A stretch of 64,000 nt of DNA, from positions 1,760,001 through 1,824,000 of the forward strand of contig CAWELD010000003.1 in the NCBI GenBank assembly GCA_963809895.1, in the 5' to 3' direction. Below are positions 30,413 to 40,720 of this stretch, piece after piece; position 1 is the first letter of the stretch, and every line of letters begins with the position of its first letter. Source of the DNA: an uncultured Gemmatimonadales bacterium (lineage in GTDB: Bacteria; Gemmatimonadota; Gemmatimonadetes; Longimicrobiales; Gaopeijiaceae). The translations under genes and the position numbers were made by a program. The notes under the pieces are model-generated. The model did not search any database. It was not told the DNA's origin and was given only the letters and a program-made list of their open reading frames with translations.

Positions 30413-31180
30413 ATGATGCGCCATCACCGTTGCCTGCCTCGCGGCAGCCTGCTCCTGCTCGCGGCCTTCACCCCGGCCTGCAACCACGCCACCGGACCCG
30501 CGCTGCCCGAGGCCGACGTGCGCATCCTGTTCGTCGGGAATTCGCTCACGTACGTCAACGACATGCCCGCCATGGTGGCCACGGTGGCCGACGTGGCGGG
30601 CCTGGACGTGGCCGTGGAGACCATCGCCCGACCGGACTTCAGCCTCGAGGACCACTGGCGCGCCGGCATCGCCGCCGACATCCGGGCGCTGAGCCCCGAC
30701 ATCCTGGTGATGCAGCAGGGCCCCTCGTCGCTTCCGGAGAACCAGCTCCACTTGCGTCAGTGGAGCGATTCCCTGGCCCGGGTCGCGCGCGAGGTGGGCG
30801 CCGAGCCGGCGCTGCTCATGGTGTGGCCCTCCAGCGACCGGGAGTTCGCCTTCGACGACGTGCGCGAGAGCTATCGGGCTGCCGCCGAGCACGTGGGCGG
30901 GGTTTTCATTCCCGCCGGTGAAGCGTGGCGGGCGGTGTGGGCGCGGGAGCCGCAGCTCATCCTGTGGGGACCGGACGGCTTCCATCCGGCGCCGCTGGGC
31001 TCGGTGGTGACGGCGCTCACCGTGGCCCGCACGCTACTGGAGGTTCCGCTGTCGTCGCTTCCGGGCAACCTGGAGCCCTCCGACCCGGACCTGCCACCGC
31101 TGCTCATGGGCACCACCCTGGCCACCCTGGTCTACGCCGCCGTCGAGGAGACGGTGTCGACCTGGGGAGTGCGCCAGTAG
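30413..31180 (+). CDS. SGNH/GDSL-like hydrolase lipoprotein
   Basis: Lipobox-like TPAC; ILFVGNSLT; DGFHP. Confidence 0.8.
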   Translation: MMRHHRCLPRGSLLLLAAFTPACNHATGPALPEADVRILFVGNSLTYVNDMPAMVATVADVAGLDVAVETIARPDFSLEDHWRAGIAADIRALSPDILVMQQGPSSLPENQLHLRQWSDSLARVAREVGAEPALLMVWPSSDREFAFDDVRESYRAAAEHVGGVFIPAGEAWRAVWAREPQLILWGPDGFHPAPLGSVVTALTVARTLLEVPLSSLPGNLEPSDPDLPPLLMGTTLATLVYAAVEETVSTWGVRQ

Positions 31181-31225
31181 CCGCGGCCAGAGCCACGGGC
31201 CAGGGGCCGACTGCCAGGGGGCGCC

Positions 31226-33860
31226 TCACTCCGCACGCAGGGTGCGGGCAGGATCCAGGCGCGTGCCCCGCCACGCAGGCACCCAGCTCGCCAGCCAGGC
31301 CGCGGCGGCCAGGAGCGCCGCGCCCCCGAGCAGCGCCCAGGGATCCGCGGGCCCCACTTCGAAGAGCAGGCTCCGCGCACTGCGGGCGAGCACCGCCGCC
31401 AGGGCGAGTCCCACCAGGATTCCGACCGCCACCACGGTCAGGGCTTCCCGCTGCACGCCACCGCGGACCTGCCGCGGGCGCGCCCCCAGAGCCAGCCGGA
31501 TGCCCATCTCACGCGTGCGTCGCGCCACCGTGTACCCGACCACGCCGTACACCCCCGCGGCGGAGAGGAGAAGCGCCAGCAGCGCGAATCCCCCGAGGAC
31601 GAAGGCGGTGAAGCGCCGATCGCCGGCGGAGCTCGCGATGCGCCGCTCCAGCGTAGCGGTCTCGACCGGAACGTCCGGGGCCATCTGGCGAACCCGCGTG
31701 CGCATCAGGTCGGCCAGGGCCGCCGCGTCGTCACCCTTCACCACCAGACTCATGCCGAAGATGACCAGGAACGCCGGCCGCTGACGGTACGAGACGTAGA
31801 AGGTCGGGTCGGCGCCCGCGGGCCGGCTCCAGTCACGCACGTCTCCCACCACCCCCACCACCGTGAGCCACTCGTCGGGATAGGGGTCCATGCCCCGTGG
31901 GTTGAAACGCTTGCCCAGAGGGTCCTCGCCGGGCCACAGGCGCCGCGCCGTGCTCTCGTCCACCAAGGCGGCGTGGGGCGCCTCGGGACCGTCCTGTTCG
32001 CCGAACCAACGGCCTTCCACCAGCGGCACGCCCAGGGTACGGAAGTACCCCGCGTCGGCCACCCGGTACTGGAGGACGGCCTCGCTCCGTGTCCCGTCGT
32101 CCAGGAGGACCGGTGATCCCAGCGAGCCCGGCGCCGCGCACGGGCAGGAGCAATCCCAGCCCCGCGTCCTGCACCCCGGGCCGGCCCCGGAGCGAGCCGG
32201 TCAACTCGTCGAGAAAGGACACCCCCTCGGCGGCCGTCGCGAACTTGCCTCCCGGAAAGTCGAGGCGCGCGGTCACGACCCCGGCGGGATCGAAGCCCAC
32301 GTCCTGGTCCAGGATGGCGCCCAGGCTCCGGACCAGGAGGCCTGCCCCCGACAGGAGGGCGACCGCCATGGCCACCTCGCCGGCCATGATGAGACGCCAC
32401 CCGCGTCGGACGCGTCGTTCGTCGCCCCCTCCCCTGCCGCCCCGAGCCGAGGCGGCCAGGTCACCCATGGTCAGGCGCAGCGCCGGCAGCACACCGAACA
32501 GCAGTCCCGTAACCAGGGCGGTGGCCGCCGTAAAGAGCAGCACGCTCCCGTCCAGGCCCACCTCGGCCAGTCGTGGCACCGCGCCCGCCGCCAGGAGCCT
32601 CGTGCTCCTCAGGATGCTCGCGGCGAGCCCCAGCGCCGCCACGGCCCCCAGGCCCGCGAGCACCAGGCTCTCCACCAGGAGCTGACGCACCAGACGCCCC
32701 CTGCCGGCCCCCAGCGAAGCCCGCAGCGCCAACTCGCGGCGCCGGCCCGCGCCACGCGCCAGGAGAGCGCTGGCGACGTTGGCGCAGGCCACCAGGAGGA
32801 GGAATCCCGCAGAGACCAGCAGAAGGAGGAGCGGTGTCCGTGACGACCCCACCATCTCGTCCTGGAGCCGCTGGACTCGCACACCCACGGTCTCCACCTC
32901 GGGATAGCGCCCGTGGATCCCCGCCTGCACCCGCTCCAGTTCGGCGCGCGCACGGGAGAGCTCTGCGCCCGCGGTCATCCGTCCCACCACCCGCACCACG
33001 TGGTTGCCACGCACGGTCCACGGCACCTGGCGTTCCAGGGGCAGCCACAGCTCGGCCCCCGCGGGGAGGTCGAAGCTCGCAGGCATGACACCCACCACGC
33101 TCCAGGGCTCGCCCCGGAGGTCCACGGTAGCACCGGCCAGATCCGTGGGCCCCCCAAGCACGTCGCGCCAGAACGCGTGGCTCACCACCACCACGGGTGG
33201 CCCCCCGGGCCGATTCTCGCCGGGCCCCGTGACCCGTCCCAGCGCCGCGGCCACGCCGACGACCCGGAAGAAGTCGGCCGAGACCGCCGTCACCCGGGCT
33301 CGCACGCCTCCTGAAGGGCCCAGCACGGTCTCCGGAGACGGCGGCGTGTAGGCGGCCAGTGCCTCCAACGCCGGGGAGTCCTCTCGCCAGTCGGCGAAGT
33401 TGGTGTACGACGCCAGGGTGGAGCTCCCGTCGGCGGTGCGCTCGGCCACCGTGATCAGCCGCCCCGACGCCGGATAGGGCAACCCCTGCAGCAGCACGCC
33501 CCGCACCAGGCTGAACATGGCCGTGGTGGCGCCGATCCCCAGCGCCAGCGTGAGCACCGCCATCAGGCTGAACCCCGGTGCCCGGCGCAGCGTGCGGCCG
33601 GCGTAGCGGACATCGCGCGCGACGTCGTCCACCCAGCCCGTTCCCCTTTCGTCTCTCGTGCGCTCCTTCATCCGCTCCACCCCTCCGAATCGCCGGTACG
33701 CTTCACGCCGCGCCGCCTCGGCGTTCCAACCCTGCCGCAGCAGCTTCGACGTCTCTTCCTCGATGTGGAACCGGATCTCCTCTTCCAGCTCCGCTTCCTC
33801 CCGCCCGCGCAGGACGAGACTCCGCAGGCGCGTCGCCATCCCCCGGAGCCACCCGCTCAC
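31226..33860 (-). CDS. Duplicated MacB/FtsX-type ABC permease (ADOP-like), +1 frameshift at ~32127-32129
   Basis: ELEEEIRFHI, DVRYAGRTLRRAPGF, LLVACANVA, RRTREMGIRLALGA. Two ORFs join (GAG/SLGSPVLLDDG...YRVADAGYF) if one G is removed. Confidence 0.88.
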
Positions 33861-33908
33861 GACCGCGCTCCCGGAGGGCCCACCACACGACGCCACTCCC
33901 TGCGCCGC

Positions 33909-34259
33909 TCACGCACGGGACTCGTCCGCCAGCGCCCAGGTGAGGATGCGCTCCACGGCACCGCTGCTGCGCCGCCATTCCCGGACGGCGCGCTCCAGCT
34001 CGCCACGCCCCGCGGCGGTGAGGGCGTAGTAGCGCGCCCTGCGGTTGTTCTCCGTGCGCCGCCATTCGGCGCGGATCCACCCCTTGCGACGCATCCGCTG
34101 AAGCGCCGGATAGAGGGACCCCTGATTGACCTGGAAGACGTCGTCCGACATCTCCTGGATGCGCTCCCCGATGCCCCATCCGTGCATGGGCTCCAGCGTC
34201 AGCACCCGGAGCACCAGCAGGTCGAGGGTCCCCTGCAGCAGATCGCTCTTGTCACCCAC
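33909..34259 (-). CDS. PadR-family transcriptional regulator (acidobacterial type)
   Basis: LLQGTLDLLVL, HGWGI, GSLYPALQR, NNRRARYY; adjacent to the duplicated permease. Confidence 0.93.
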   Translation of the reverse strand: MGDKSDLLQGTLDLLVLRVLTLEPMHGWGIGERIQEMSDDVFQVNQGSLYPALQRMRRKGWIRAEWRRTENNRRARYYALTAAGRGELERAVREWRRSSGAVERILTWALADESRA

Positions 34260-34313
34260 GTTCGCCGCTCCCTTCGTCGTGCGGGCCCATCAGGAGCTCC
34301 ACGACAGGAGCCC

Positions 34314-34353
34314 TTCTAGACCGTCTACAGAACATCCCACTCTTCTGTAGACG
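34314..34353. promoter_or_regulatory. Putative PadR operator: CGTCTACAGAA-N10-TTCTGTAGACG inverted repeat with an overlapping TAGAC-N2-GTCTA palindrome
   Basis: Perfect 11-bp inverted repeat at 34322-34332 / 34343-34353, directly upstream of padR. Confidence 0.6.
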
Positions 34354-34393
34354 CTCAAAAGGACCGAAGGGTTTCACCGGGACGGCGGCGCGG

Positions 34394-36145
34394 TCAGTCC
34401 CGGCCCGCCTCCTGGAGGTCGACGCCCGGCGAGGGCCAGGGCTGAAAGAGCGGAAGCTCGGGGGGATCGGAGGGCGGCTCGGCGAGGTCGAGCATCACGC
34501 GCCCGCCGCCGCCGTCGGGAAGCCCGAGCGCGTGGAAGCCCACCGACAGGTCGACGGTCTGGCCAGGCGCCACCGCGGCGCCGTCGACGAGGAGTCGGGC
34601 CCCCGTGTCTTCGGGCCACCAGCGGTAGCGGCCCTGGACCACCGCGTCGAACCCCCCGACCGACCCGGAGCGGGTCTCCTGGACGCTGGTGCCCGGGACC
34701 CATATGTGGTGGGCGTAGTGCGTGTAGTGCGTGAGCCAGAAATTCCGCAGCGCGGAGGGTATGAACTGCGACGACGCGGGCAGGGTCAGGAAGGACACCG
34801 GCCTGGACCGGAATCCCCGGATCATGGCTTCGGTCCTCGCCTCGCCCTCCGGTCCCCCGAAATAGACGTCCAGGATCCGGTAGTTCAGGAACTGGAACGC
34901 CTCGGGGTCGTGGCGGCACATGAAGAGCGAGTAGGACTGGAACCCGTGGGCGCTGGCGGAGAAGTTCCGCTCCACGAACGCCAGCGCCTCTCGTTGGGGA
35001 CGCTGGGTGTCTCGAAGGAGATCGGGCACGTGGTAGAGCGCCACCGCCGCCAGGGGGACCCAGAGGACGCCCAACAGGAGGGAGCGCTCCCGCGGGGTCT
35101 CGAGCCGACGGAGCACGGGACCGAGCACGAGCCCCCCCGCCGTGGCGGGAAAGAGCCCCACGACCAGGTAGAAGTAGGGCGCGCGGGTGGCGTGGAAGAG
35201 GAACACGGCCACGCCGAAGCCCACGACCCCCCAGGCCGTGGCGATGCGAGCGCCGTCCTGTCCCCGCGTGCGCAGCCAGTCGACGGAGACGACGGCGACC
35301 AGCCCCAGGGCGACCACCTGCGGAAGGAGCGTCGGCAGCATCCACACGAAGTAGCGGTACCCGAACACGCTCCGGTAGAAGGCGCGGGAGTCCAGGTTGC
35401 CCGAGAGCGCGACCAGCGCCGGCGCCTCTCCCCCGGCGGCGGCGACGACGCGGTAGCCGAGCAGGACTCCGGCCGCTCCCACAAGGAGGAGCACGGCCCG
35501 GATCGCCTCCCGGGGCACGTCGAGGTCCCGGTCCACGGCCAGGCGACCCAGCGTCAGCACGCCCATCAGCCCGCCCACGTAGGCCGCCTTCTGGCTGAAG
35601 AGGAAGCCGAGGCCGAACAGGGCGCCGGCCACCAGCGCCCAGCCCCGGCGCCGCTGGGACGCCAACAGCGCCACGCCGCACCAGAGTCCGAGACAGATCG
35701 CCGCCTCGTCGGTGCGCACCTGTACCGAATACTCGAGGAAGGCCGGCGCGAGGATCCAGAGCCCCAGCGCGGTGAGGATCGCCGTGAAGCGGTGCCGGTC
35801 CGCAGGCAGGAACTGCCGCAGGAGGATCACGAAAGCCACCGCGGCGCCCACCACGAACACGGTCCAGAACAGCCGGGCCTGGACCACGGCCCGCACGGCA
35901 TCGGCGCAGTTCCGGGCGAAGGGCACCAGCGCCAACGTGCCGAGACCCGGCCGGCCGCCGCCCTGGACCTCGCCGGTGGAGCTCGTGACCAGCGCCCGGT
36001 TCAGGAGCCCCAGCTCGTCGCCGTTCACGTTCTCCGTGAACGCGACGGCCAGGTGCAGCGCGACCAGCAGGAGCGCGCCCACGCCGACGGCCGTCCGACG
36101 GCGCGCGCGCGGGCCCGGGCCCGGCCCCGCGCCTACGAGGTCCAC
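34394..36145 (-). CDS. Multi-TM GT-C-like (ArnT/PMT-type) glycosyltransferase
   Basis: NGDE loop after the first TM, QVRTD, FSQKAAY, ~10 TM helices and a soluble C-terminal domain; start uncertain. Confidence 0.65.
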   Translation of the reverse strand: MDLVGAGPGPGPRARRRTAVGVGALLLVALHLAVAFTENVNGDELGLLNRALVTSSTGEVQGGGRPGLGTLALVPFARNCADAVRAVVQARLFWTVFVVGAAVAFVILLRQFLPADRHRFTAILTALGLWILAPAFLEYSVQVRTDEAAICLGLWCGVALLASQRRRGWALVAGALFGLGFLFSQKAAYVGGLMGVLTLGRLAVDRDLDVPREAIRAVLLLVGAAGVLLGYRVVAAAGGEAPALVALSGNLDSRAFYRSVFGYRYFVWMLPTLLPQVVALGLVAVVSVDWLRTRGQDGARIATAWGVVGFGVAVFLFHATRAPYFYLVVGLFPATAGGLVLGPVLRRLETPRERSLLLGVLWVPLAAVALYHVPDLLRDTQRPQREALAFVERNFSASAHGFQSYSLFMCRHDPEAFQFLNYRILDVYFGGPEGEARTEAMIRGFRSRPVSFLTLPASSQFIPSALRNFWLTHYTHYAHHIWVPGTSVQETRSGSVGGFDAVVQGRYRWWPEDTGARLLVDGAAVAPGQTVDLSVGFHALGLPDGGGGRVMLDLAEPPSDPPELPLFQPWPSPGVDLQEAGRD

Positions 36146-36876
36146 AGGAGTCGGATGGCGAACAGGATCACGGCGACGGTCACCACCTTGCGGACCCATG
36201 TCTGACCCTTGACAGCGGTCAGGTGCACCCCGATCTGGCCACCCAGCAGATTCCCGACGGCCAGAACCAGCCCGAAGGGCCAATCCACCAGACCGGCCCG
36301 GGCGAAGAGCACGAGCGAGATCGGCGTGAACGCCAGGACCAACGTCACCTTGAGGGCGTTGCCCCGCACCAGGTCGAGACCCGCCGCCGACGCCACGGCC
36401 AGGAGGACGAAGCCCACCCCGGCCTGGATGAAGCCTCCGAAGAGGCCGACTCCGAACCAGGCCACCAAGAGCGCGAGGCGGCGACCGCGGCCCGTGGGCG
36501 GTGCGTCGGCGCCCGTTCCGGCGGGCAGCGGGCGCCAGAGCATGAGGAGCGCCACCGCCACCATCACGCCTGCGAGCACGCGCTGGAAGGCGAGATCGCC
36601 CATCTTCGTCGCCCCCCAGGTGCCCAGGGCGGCTCCGACCACCACCGGTACGATGGCATCCCGCAGCCACGCACCGGCCAACAGCTTGCGTCGCCGGAAT
36701 CCCCAGACCGCCCCCACGTTCTGCACCAGGATGGCCACCCGATTCGTTCCGTTGGCCACGGTGGGCGGCAGCCCCAGGAAGATGAGCAGCGGGAGCGTGA
36801 GCAGGGAGCCACCGCCGGCGATCACGTTGAGCGTGCCGGCCGCCAGTCCGGCGGCGAAGAGGGCGGCCCAGGTCAA
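36133..36876 (-). CDS. Sulfite exporter TauE/SafE family permease
   Basis: AGGGSLLTLP, ANGTNR, FGGFIQAGVG. Confidence 0.9.
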   Translation of the reverse strand: MTWAALFAAGLAAGTLNVIAGGGSLLTLPLLIFLGLPPTVANGTNRVAILVQNVGAVWGFRRRKLLAGAWLRDAIVPVVVGAALGTWGATKMGDLAFQRVLAGVMVAVALLMLWRPLPAGTGADAPPTGRGRRLALLVAWFGVGLFGGFIQAGVGFVLLAVASAAGLDLVRGNALKVTLVLAFTPISLVLFARAGLVDWPFGLVLAVGNLLGGQIGVHLTAVKGQTWVRKVVTVAVILFAIRLLWTS

Positions 36877-37982
36877 GATGCGAGCCAGGCCTCGAAGCGC
36901 TCCAGGCCCTGCTGAAACGACGCCCGCCCGAAGCCCAGGCGCACCTGGCGCGACTCCTCGTCGAACACCGTGCCGGGGACCACGAGCACGCCGGCGTCTT
37001 CCCGCAGCCTGCGAGCGAAATCGTCGGGATCCTCGTGGCGGAGCGTCGGAAAGGTCACCGGTCCCGCCTGCGGTGGCACCCAGTCGAAGCGGTCGCTGTG
37101 AGCGTTCATCACCGACCGCAGCAGACCCAGGTTACGGCAGATCAACCTGCGGTTTCGATCCAGGAGTTGCTCGGCGTGGCGGAGCCCCAGGGCAGCCAGA
37201 TACTCGGCCGGCGCCACCGAGCAGATGGACGAGTAGTCCTTGGCTTCGGCCACGGCCTTGCGCAGGGCGGGGTTGCGCGTGGCCAGCCACCCCAGGCGAA
37301 GCCCGGGAAGGCCCAGGCCCTTGGACATCACGCCCACCGCTCCGGCCCACGGCGACACCTCCGCGGCCGACGGGAGCTTGCGGCCCGCCTCGTATTCGGT
37401 GCCCCGGTACGCCTCGTCCACCAGCACCAGGACGCCGCGCGCCTCGGCCAGGCGGAGCACCGTCCGGAAGGTGGCTTCATCGAAGTGGAATCCCGTGGGA
37501 TTGTGCGGGGATGTGATCACCAGCAGGCGGGTGCGGGGGCGCGCCAGCAGCCGCGGCAGCTCCTCCATGTCGGGCGCCCAGCCGAGCTCCGGGCGGGCAC
37601 GCCACAGGCTCACCCGGGCACCGGCGATTCCGGCGGCCGTGCGTTGCGCCTGATACCCCGGGTGGTGCACCACCGCGTGGTCCCCGGTCCGGAGGACGGC
37701 CAGTGCCACCGTGAGCAGGACCTCCACCGCCGCGTTGTGGACCAGAATGTCGTCGGGGTTCAGCCCGGTGTACGTGGCGGCGATGGCCTGGCGCAGCTCC
37801 GGTGACCCCTCGCTCTCGGTGTAGCCCAGCCTCAGCGACCGCAGGCCTTCGTCCGCCCCGGGCTCCAGGGCGAGGAGCTCCTCCACACGGAGGGTCTCGC
37901 AGTCGGAGACCCCGAGAAGGTGCGGCGTCGTGAATTCGTGCCGCGCGAAGAAGCGCTCGATGAGAAACGGCTCGACCGGCAA
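36873..37982 (-). CDS. PLP-dependent class I/II aminotransferase
   Basis: YTESEGSPELR, PHNPTG, DEAYRG, MSKGLGLPGLRLGW. Confidence 0.92.
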   Translation of the reverse strand: MPVEPFLIERFFARHEFTTPHLLGVSDCETLRVEELLALEPGADEGLRSLRLGYTESEGSPELRQAIAATYTGLNPDDILVHNAAVEVLLTVALAVLRTGDHAVVHHPGYQAQRTAAGIAGARVSLWRARPELGWAPDMEELPRLLARPRTRLLVITSPHNPTGFHFDEATFRTVLRLAEARGVLVLVDEAYRGTEYEAGRKLPSAAEVSPWAGAVGVMSKGLGLPGLRLGWLATRNPALRKAVAEAKDYSSICSVAPAEYLAALGLRHAEQLLDRNRRLICRNLGLLRSVMNAHSDRFDWVPPQAGPVTFPTLRHEDPDDFARRLREDAGVLVVPGTVFDEESRQVRLGFGRASFQQGLERFEAWLAS

Positions 37983-38175
37983 TTCGATCCTCCGGGAAGA
38001 AGCTTTGGCTCCTGGCCCGGGGCCCAGGCCCGAGGGGACGCGCAGAGTCGCGACAACTTACGTCGTATCACAGGCCGCGCCAGCACCGGTCCCGGGATCT
38101 TCCGGCTACGAGCCTGGTATCTGACCTCGCTCATCCCCGTGAGGAGGACGAATAGGCACCGATACGCAGGAGAAG

Positions 38176-39414
38176 ATGGGGTTCAACGCCACCTGGTCCA
38201 TGGCCGTGGGCGGCATGGTGGGTGGCGGGATCTTCTCGGTTCTGGGTGTCGTCATCCAGGTGTCGGGAAGGTGGGCCTGGTTGTCCTTCGTGGTGGCCGG
38301 CCTCATCGCACTGGCCTCCGCGCACAGCTACGCGCGGCTCGCGCACAAGTTCGGAGAGAGTGGGGGGGCGTTCACCTTCCTCAGGGAGATGGACTACCAG
38401 GGCTTCGCCGGAAGCCTGTCCTGGGTCCTCATCGCCGGCTACGTCCTCACCATCTCCGTCTACGCCTTCACCTTCGGCCACTACCTGGCCAACGCCCTCG
38501 GCATGGGCGCCTGGCTGCCCAGAGTGTCCGCCCTGGCCGTGATCGCGGTTCTCACCTGGGTGAACCTCCGGGGAGTGGGCGACTCCTCGGCCGTGGAGAT
38601 CGTCACCGTATGGGGAAAGCTGGCGGTGCTCCTGGGCCTGGCCCTGCTCGGCCTCTGGCGCTGGGCGCCGGACCAGCTCACCGCCGGCGTCGAGCCTCAC
38701 GGGATCGTGGCGGCCTTCACCGGGGCCGCCGCCATCTTCATGGCGTACGAGGGATTCCAGCTCCTCACCTACGACTACGACGACATCCGCGACGCGGATC
38801 GCACCCTGCCCAGGGCCATCGTGAGCGCCGTGGTGGCCGTGATCTTCATCTACGTGGTGGTGACCCTCGGGGCCAGCATGCTGGTCGGGGCCGGCACGCT
38901 GGTGGAGAAGAAGGAGGTCGCGCTGGCGGTGGCCGGGCAGCAGGCCATGGGCCTGTGGGGCATGATCCTGGTGACCGTGGCCGCCGCGTTCTCCACGGCG
39001 TCGGCCATCAACGCAACGCTTTTCGCCACGGCCCGGCTCATGCGCGACGTGGCTCAGCGGAAGGAGCTGCCCGACGTGCTCTCCCACGAGAACGACCAGC
39101 ACGTCCCCGACCACGCGGTGCTGGTCATCGGCGCCGGTGGCGCGGCGCTGGCGGCGGTGGGGTCGCTGGACACGTTGGTGTCGGCCGCCAGCCTCACCTT
39201 CCTGTTCACCTTCGCCACCGTGAACGTGTTGGCGGTGCGGCAGAAGGTCCGGGGGCGCTGGATCAGCGCCCTGGGGGCAGGCGGTGCCACCGCGGCCGGG
39301 CTGGCCTCGGTGGTGCGACTCGCCCAGGACGACCCCTGGGCCCTCGTCTCCCTGGGGGTCATGGTCCTGCTGGCGACAGTGGGCCGGCCCCGGATACTCC
39401 GGAGCCGGCCCTGA
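38176..39414 (+). CDS. APC-family amino acid permease
   Basis: GGMVGGGIFS, FMAYEGFQLL, STASAINATLF; ~12 TM helices. Confidence 0.92.
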   Translation: MGFNATWSMAVGGMVGGGIFSVLGVVIQVSGRWAWLSFVVAGLIALASAHSYARLAHKFGESGGAFTFLREMDYQGFAGSLSWVLIAGYVLTISVYAFTFGHYLANALGMGAWLPRVSALAVIAVLTWVNLRGVGDSSAVEIVTVWGKLAVLLGLALLGLWRWAPDQLTAGVEPHGIVAAFTGAAAIFMAYEGFQLLTYDYDDIRDADRTLPRAIVSAVVAVIFIYVVVTLGASMLVGAGTLVEKKEVALAVAGQQAMGLWGMILVTVAAAFSTASAINATLFATARLMRDVAQRKELPDVLSHENDQHVPDHAVLVIGAGGAALAAVGSLDTLVSAASLTFLFTFATVNVLAVRQKVRGRWISALGAGGATAAGLASVVRLAQDDPWALVSLGVMVLLATVGRPRILRSRP

Positions 39415-39455
39415 GCGAACGCCCGCAGGCGCTCGGATTCGTCGTCAGCAGGACC

Positions 39456-40703
39456 CTACAGCCCGCCCCCTCCGCCGCCCCGCCGCTTGGCGGTACGACC
39501 GGTGGAGCTGCCGCTGCGCCCGCTGGACGCCGGCGGGCTCGAGGAAGCCTTGCCGGCCTGGCCCTGACTGGTCGACCGGGGCGTGCTCCCGCGCGGCGTG
39601 GCGCTTCGGCCCGTGGAGCCGCTGGTGCCGCTCCGGGTGTAGCCCCGTCCCCAGATGGCCCGACCACCGGCGTCGTCGCGGGGCTCCACGATCACCACCG
39701 TGGGTCGATAGCCGCCGTAGTAGCCGCCGCCGTAATAGCCGCCGCCGTAGTAGCCGCCGTACCCGCCGTAGCCGTACCCGTAGGGGCTGTAGCCGTAGCC
39801 GTACAGCGAGTAGAAGGGGTCCCAGAAGAAGGGATTGAGCCCACGGTAGCGGGAGCGCGTGCCGTAGTAGTCGTCACCCACGCCGAGCACGCCCCGGCGC
39901 ACGCCCGAGCGCGACCGCATGCCCACGTCGGCGTCGGTGCCGATGTCGAACTTGTCGGGGTAGGTCACCGCCACCATGACGTCGATGACGTCCGGTGACA
40001 CGCCGCCGTCGGCCAGGCGGATCAACTGATGGGAGTCCAGATCGAAGGGCTCGTTGGCCTCCGCGACCCAGGTCTTCACGGCTTCGGGGTCGACCGAGGC
40101 CGACGCCTCGATGACGGATTCGACGTCGGGCGCCCTGGCCGCGGACACGCGGGCCGAGCGCACGGCGAGATCACGGCCACCGGTCAGGTCGCCGAGGTCG
40201 AGGTCCGCCAGCCGCGCCGCCGGGGCCGTACGATATCCCCGGACCCATCCCATCTTCTCGCCGGCGACGTCGACCGACTTCACGTCGAGCCACTGGTCGG
40301 GGGAAATCATGGCGATGATGCCCGAGGCCGAGCGCTCCGTCCCCCCTTCGCACGCCTGATTCGAGTGCAGGTAGATGCGACGGGAGTCCGACGAGAACGC
40401 GACGGTCTCTTCTCCGCTGCATCCCTCCTCCTCCACCGCCCGTCCGACGCCGTCGGCCCGCAGCGTCTCGCGCGTCGAGACCGCTCCGTCCTCGATGGTC
40501 AGGAGCTCCACCCCCGCCCCCTGGGGCCGGAAGCAGAGCAGCGTCTCGTCGGCCGGCGCCTGATCCGACTCCCAACAACCGAGCCAGGGCATCCAGCGGG
40601 CGTCGAACTGCTCCTGCGCCCGGGCCGGGGACGGAGCAAAGGCCACCAGGGCCAGTCCCGCCGTCAGGAGGGTCGTTGCGATGCGTTCGCGCACGTTCTT
40701 CAT
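39456..40703 (-). CDS. Secreted hypothetical protein with Tyr/Gly-rich and Ser/Gly/Arg-rich low-complexity C-terminus
   Basis: Signal peptide ending ARA|Q; globular Cys-containing N-domain; YGYGYSPYGYGYGGYGGYYGGGYYGGGYYGGY; AGGAGA RBS. Confidence 0.8.
   Translation of the reverse strand: MKNVRERIATTLLTAGLALVAFAPSPARAQEQFDARWMPWLGCWESDQAPADETLLCFRPQGAGVELLTIEDGAVSTRETLRADGVGRAVEEEGCSGEETVAFSSDSRRIYLHSNQACEGGTERSASGIIAMISPDQWLDVKSVDVAGEKMGWVRGYRTAPAARLADLDLGDLTGGRDLAVRSARVSAARAPDVESVIEASASVDPEAVKTWVAEANEPFDLDSHQLIRLADGGVSPDVIDVMVAVTYPDKFDIGTDADVGMRSRSGVRRGVLGVGDDYYGTRSRYRGLNPFFWDPFYSLYGYGYSPYGYGYGGYGGYYGGGYYGGGYYGGYRPTVVIVEPRDDAGGRAIWGRGYTRSGTSGSTGRSATPRGSTPRSTSQGQAGKASSSPPASSGRSGSSTGRTAKRRGGGGGGL
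39708..39803 (-). repeat. Coding low-complexity repeat (YYGGG/YG units)
   Basis: Repeated gccgccgtag/tagccgccgcc units encoding Tyr-Gly repeats. Confidence 0.75.
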
Positions 40704-40720
40704 GGTTGTCTCCTGTCGGG

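Noticed and set aside
39700..39810. Short tandem repeats as a possible CRISPR or VNTR
   Set aside because: In-frame Tyr/Gly codon repeats with no spacers and no cas genes.
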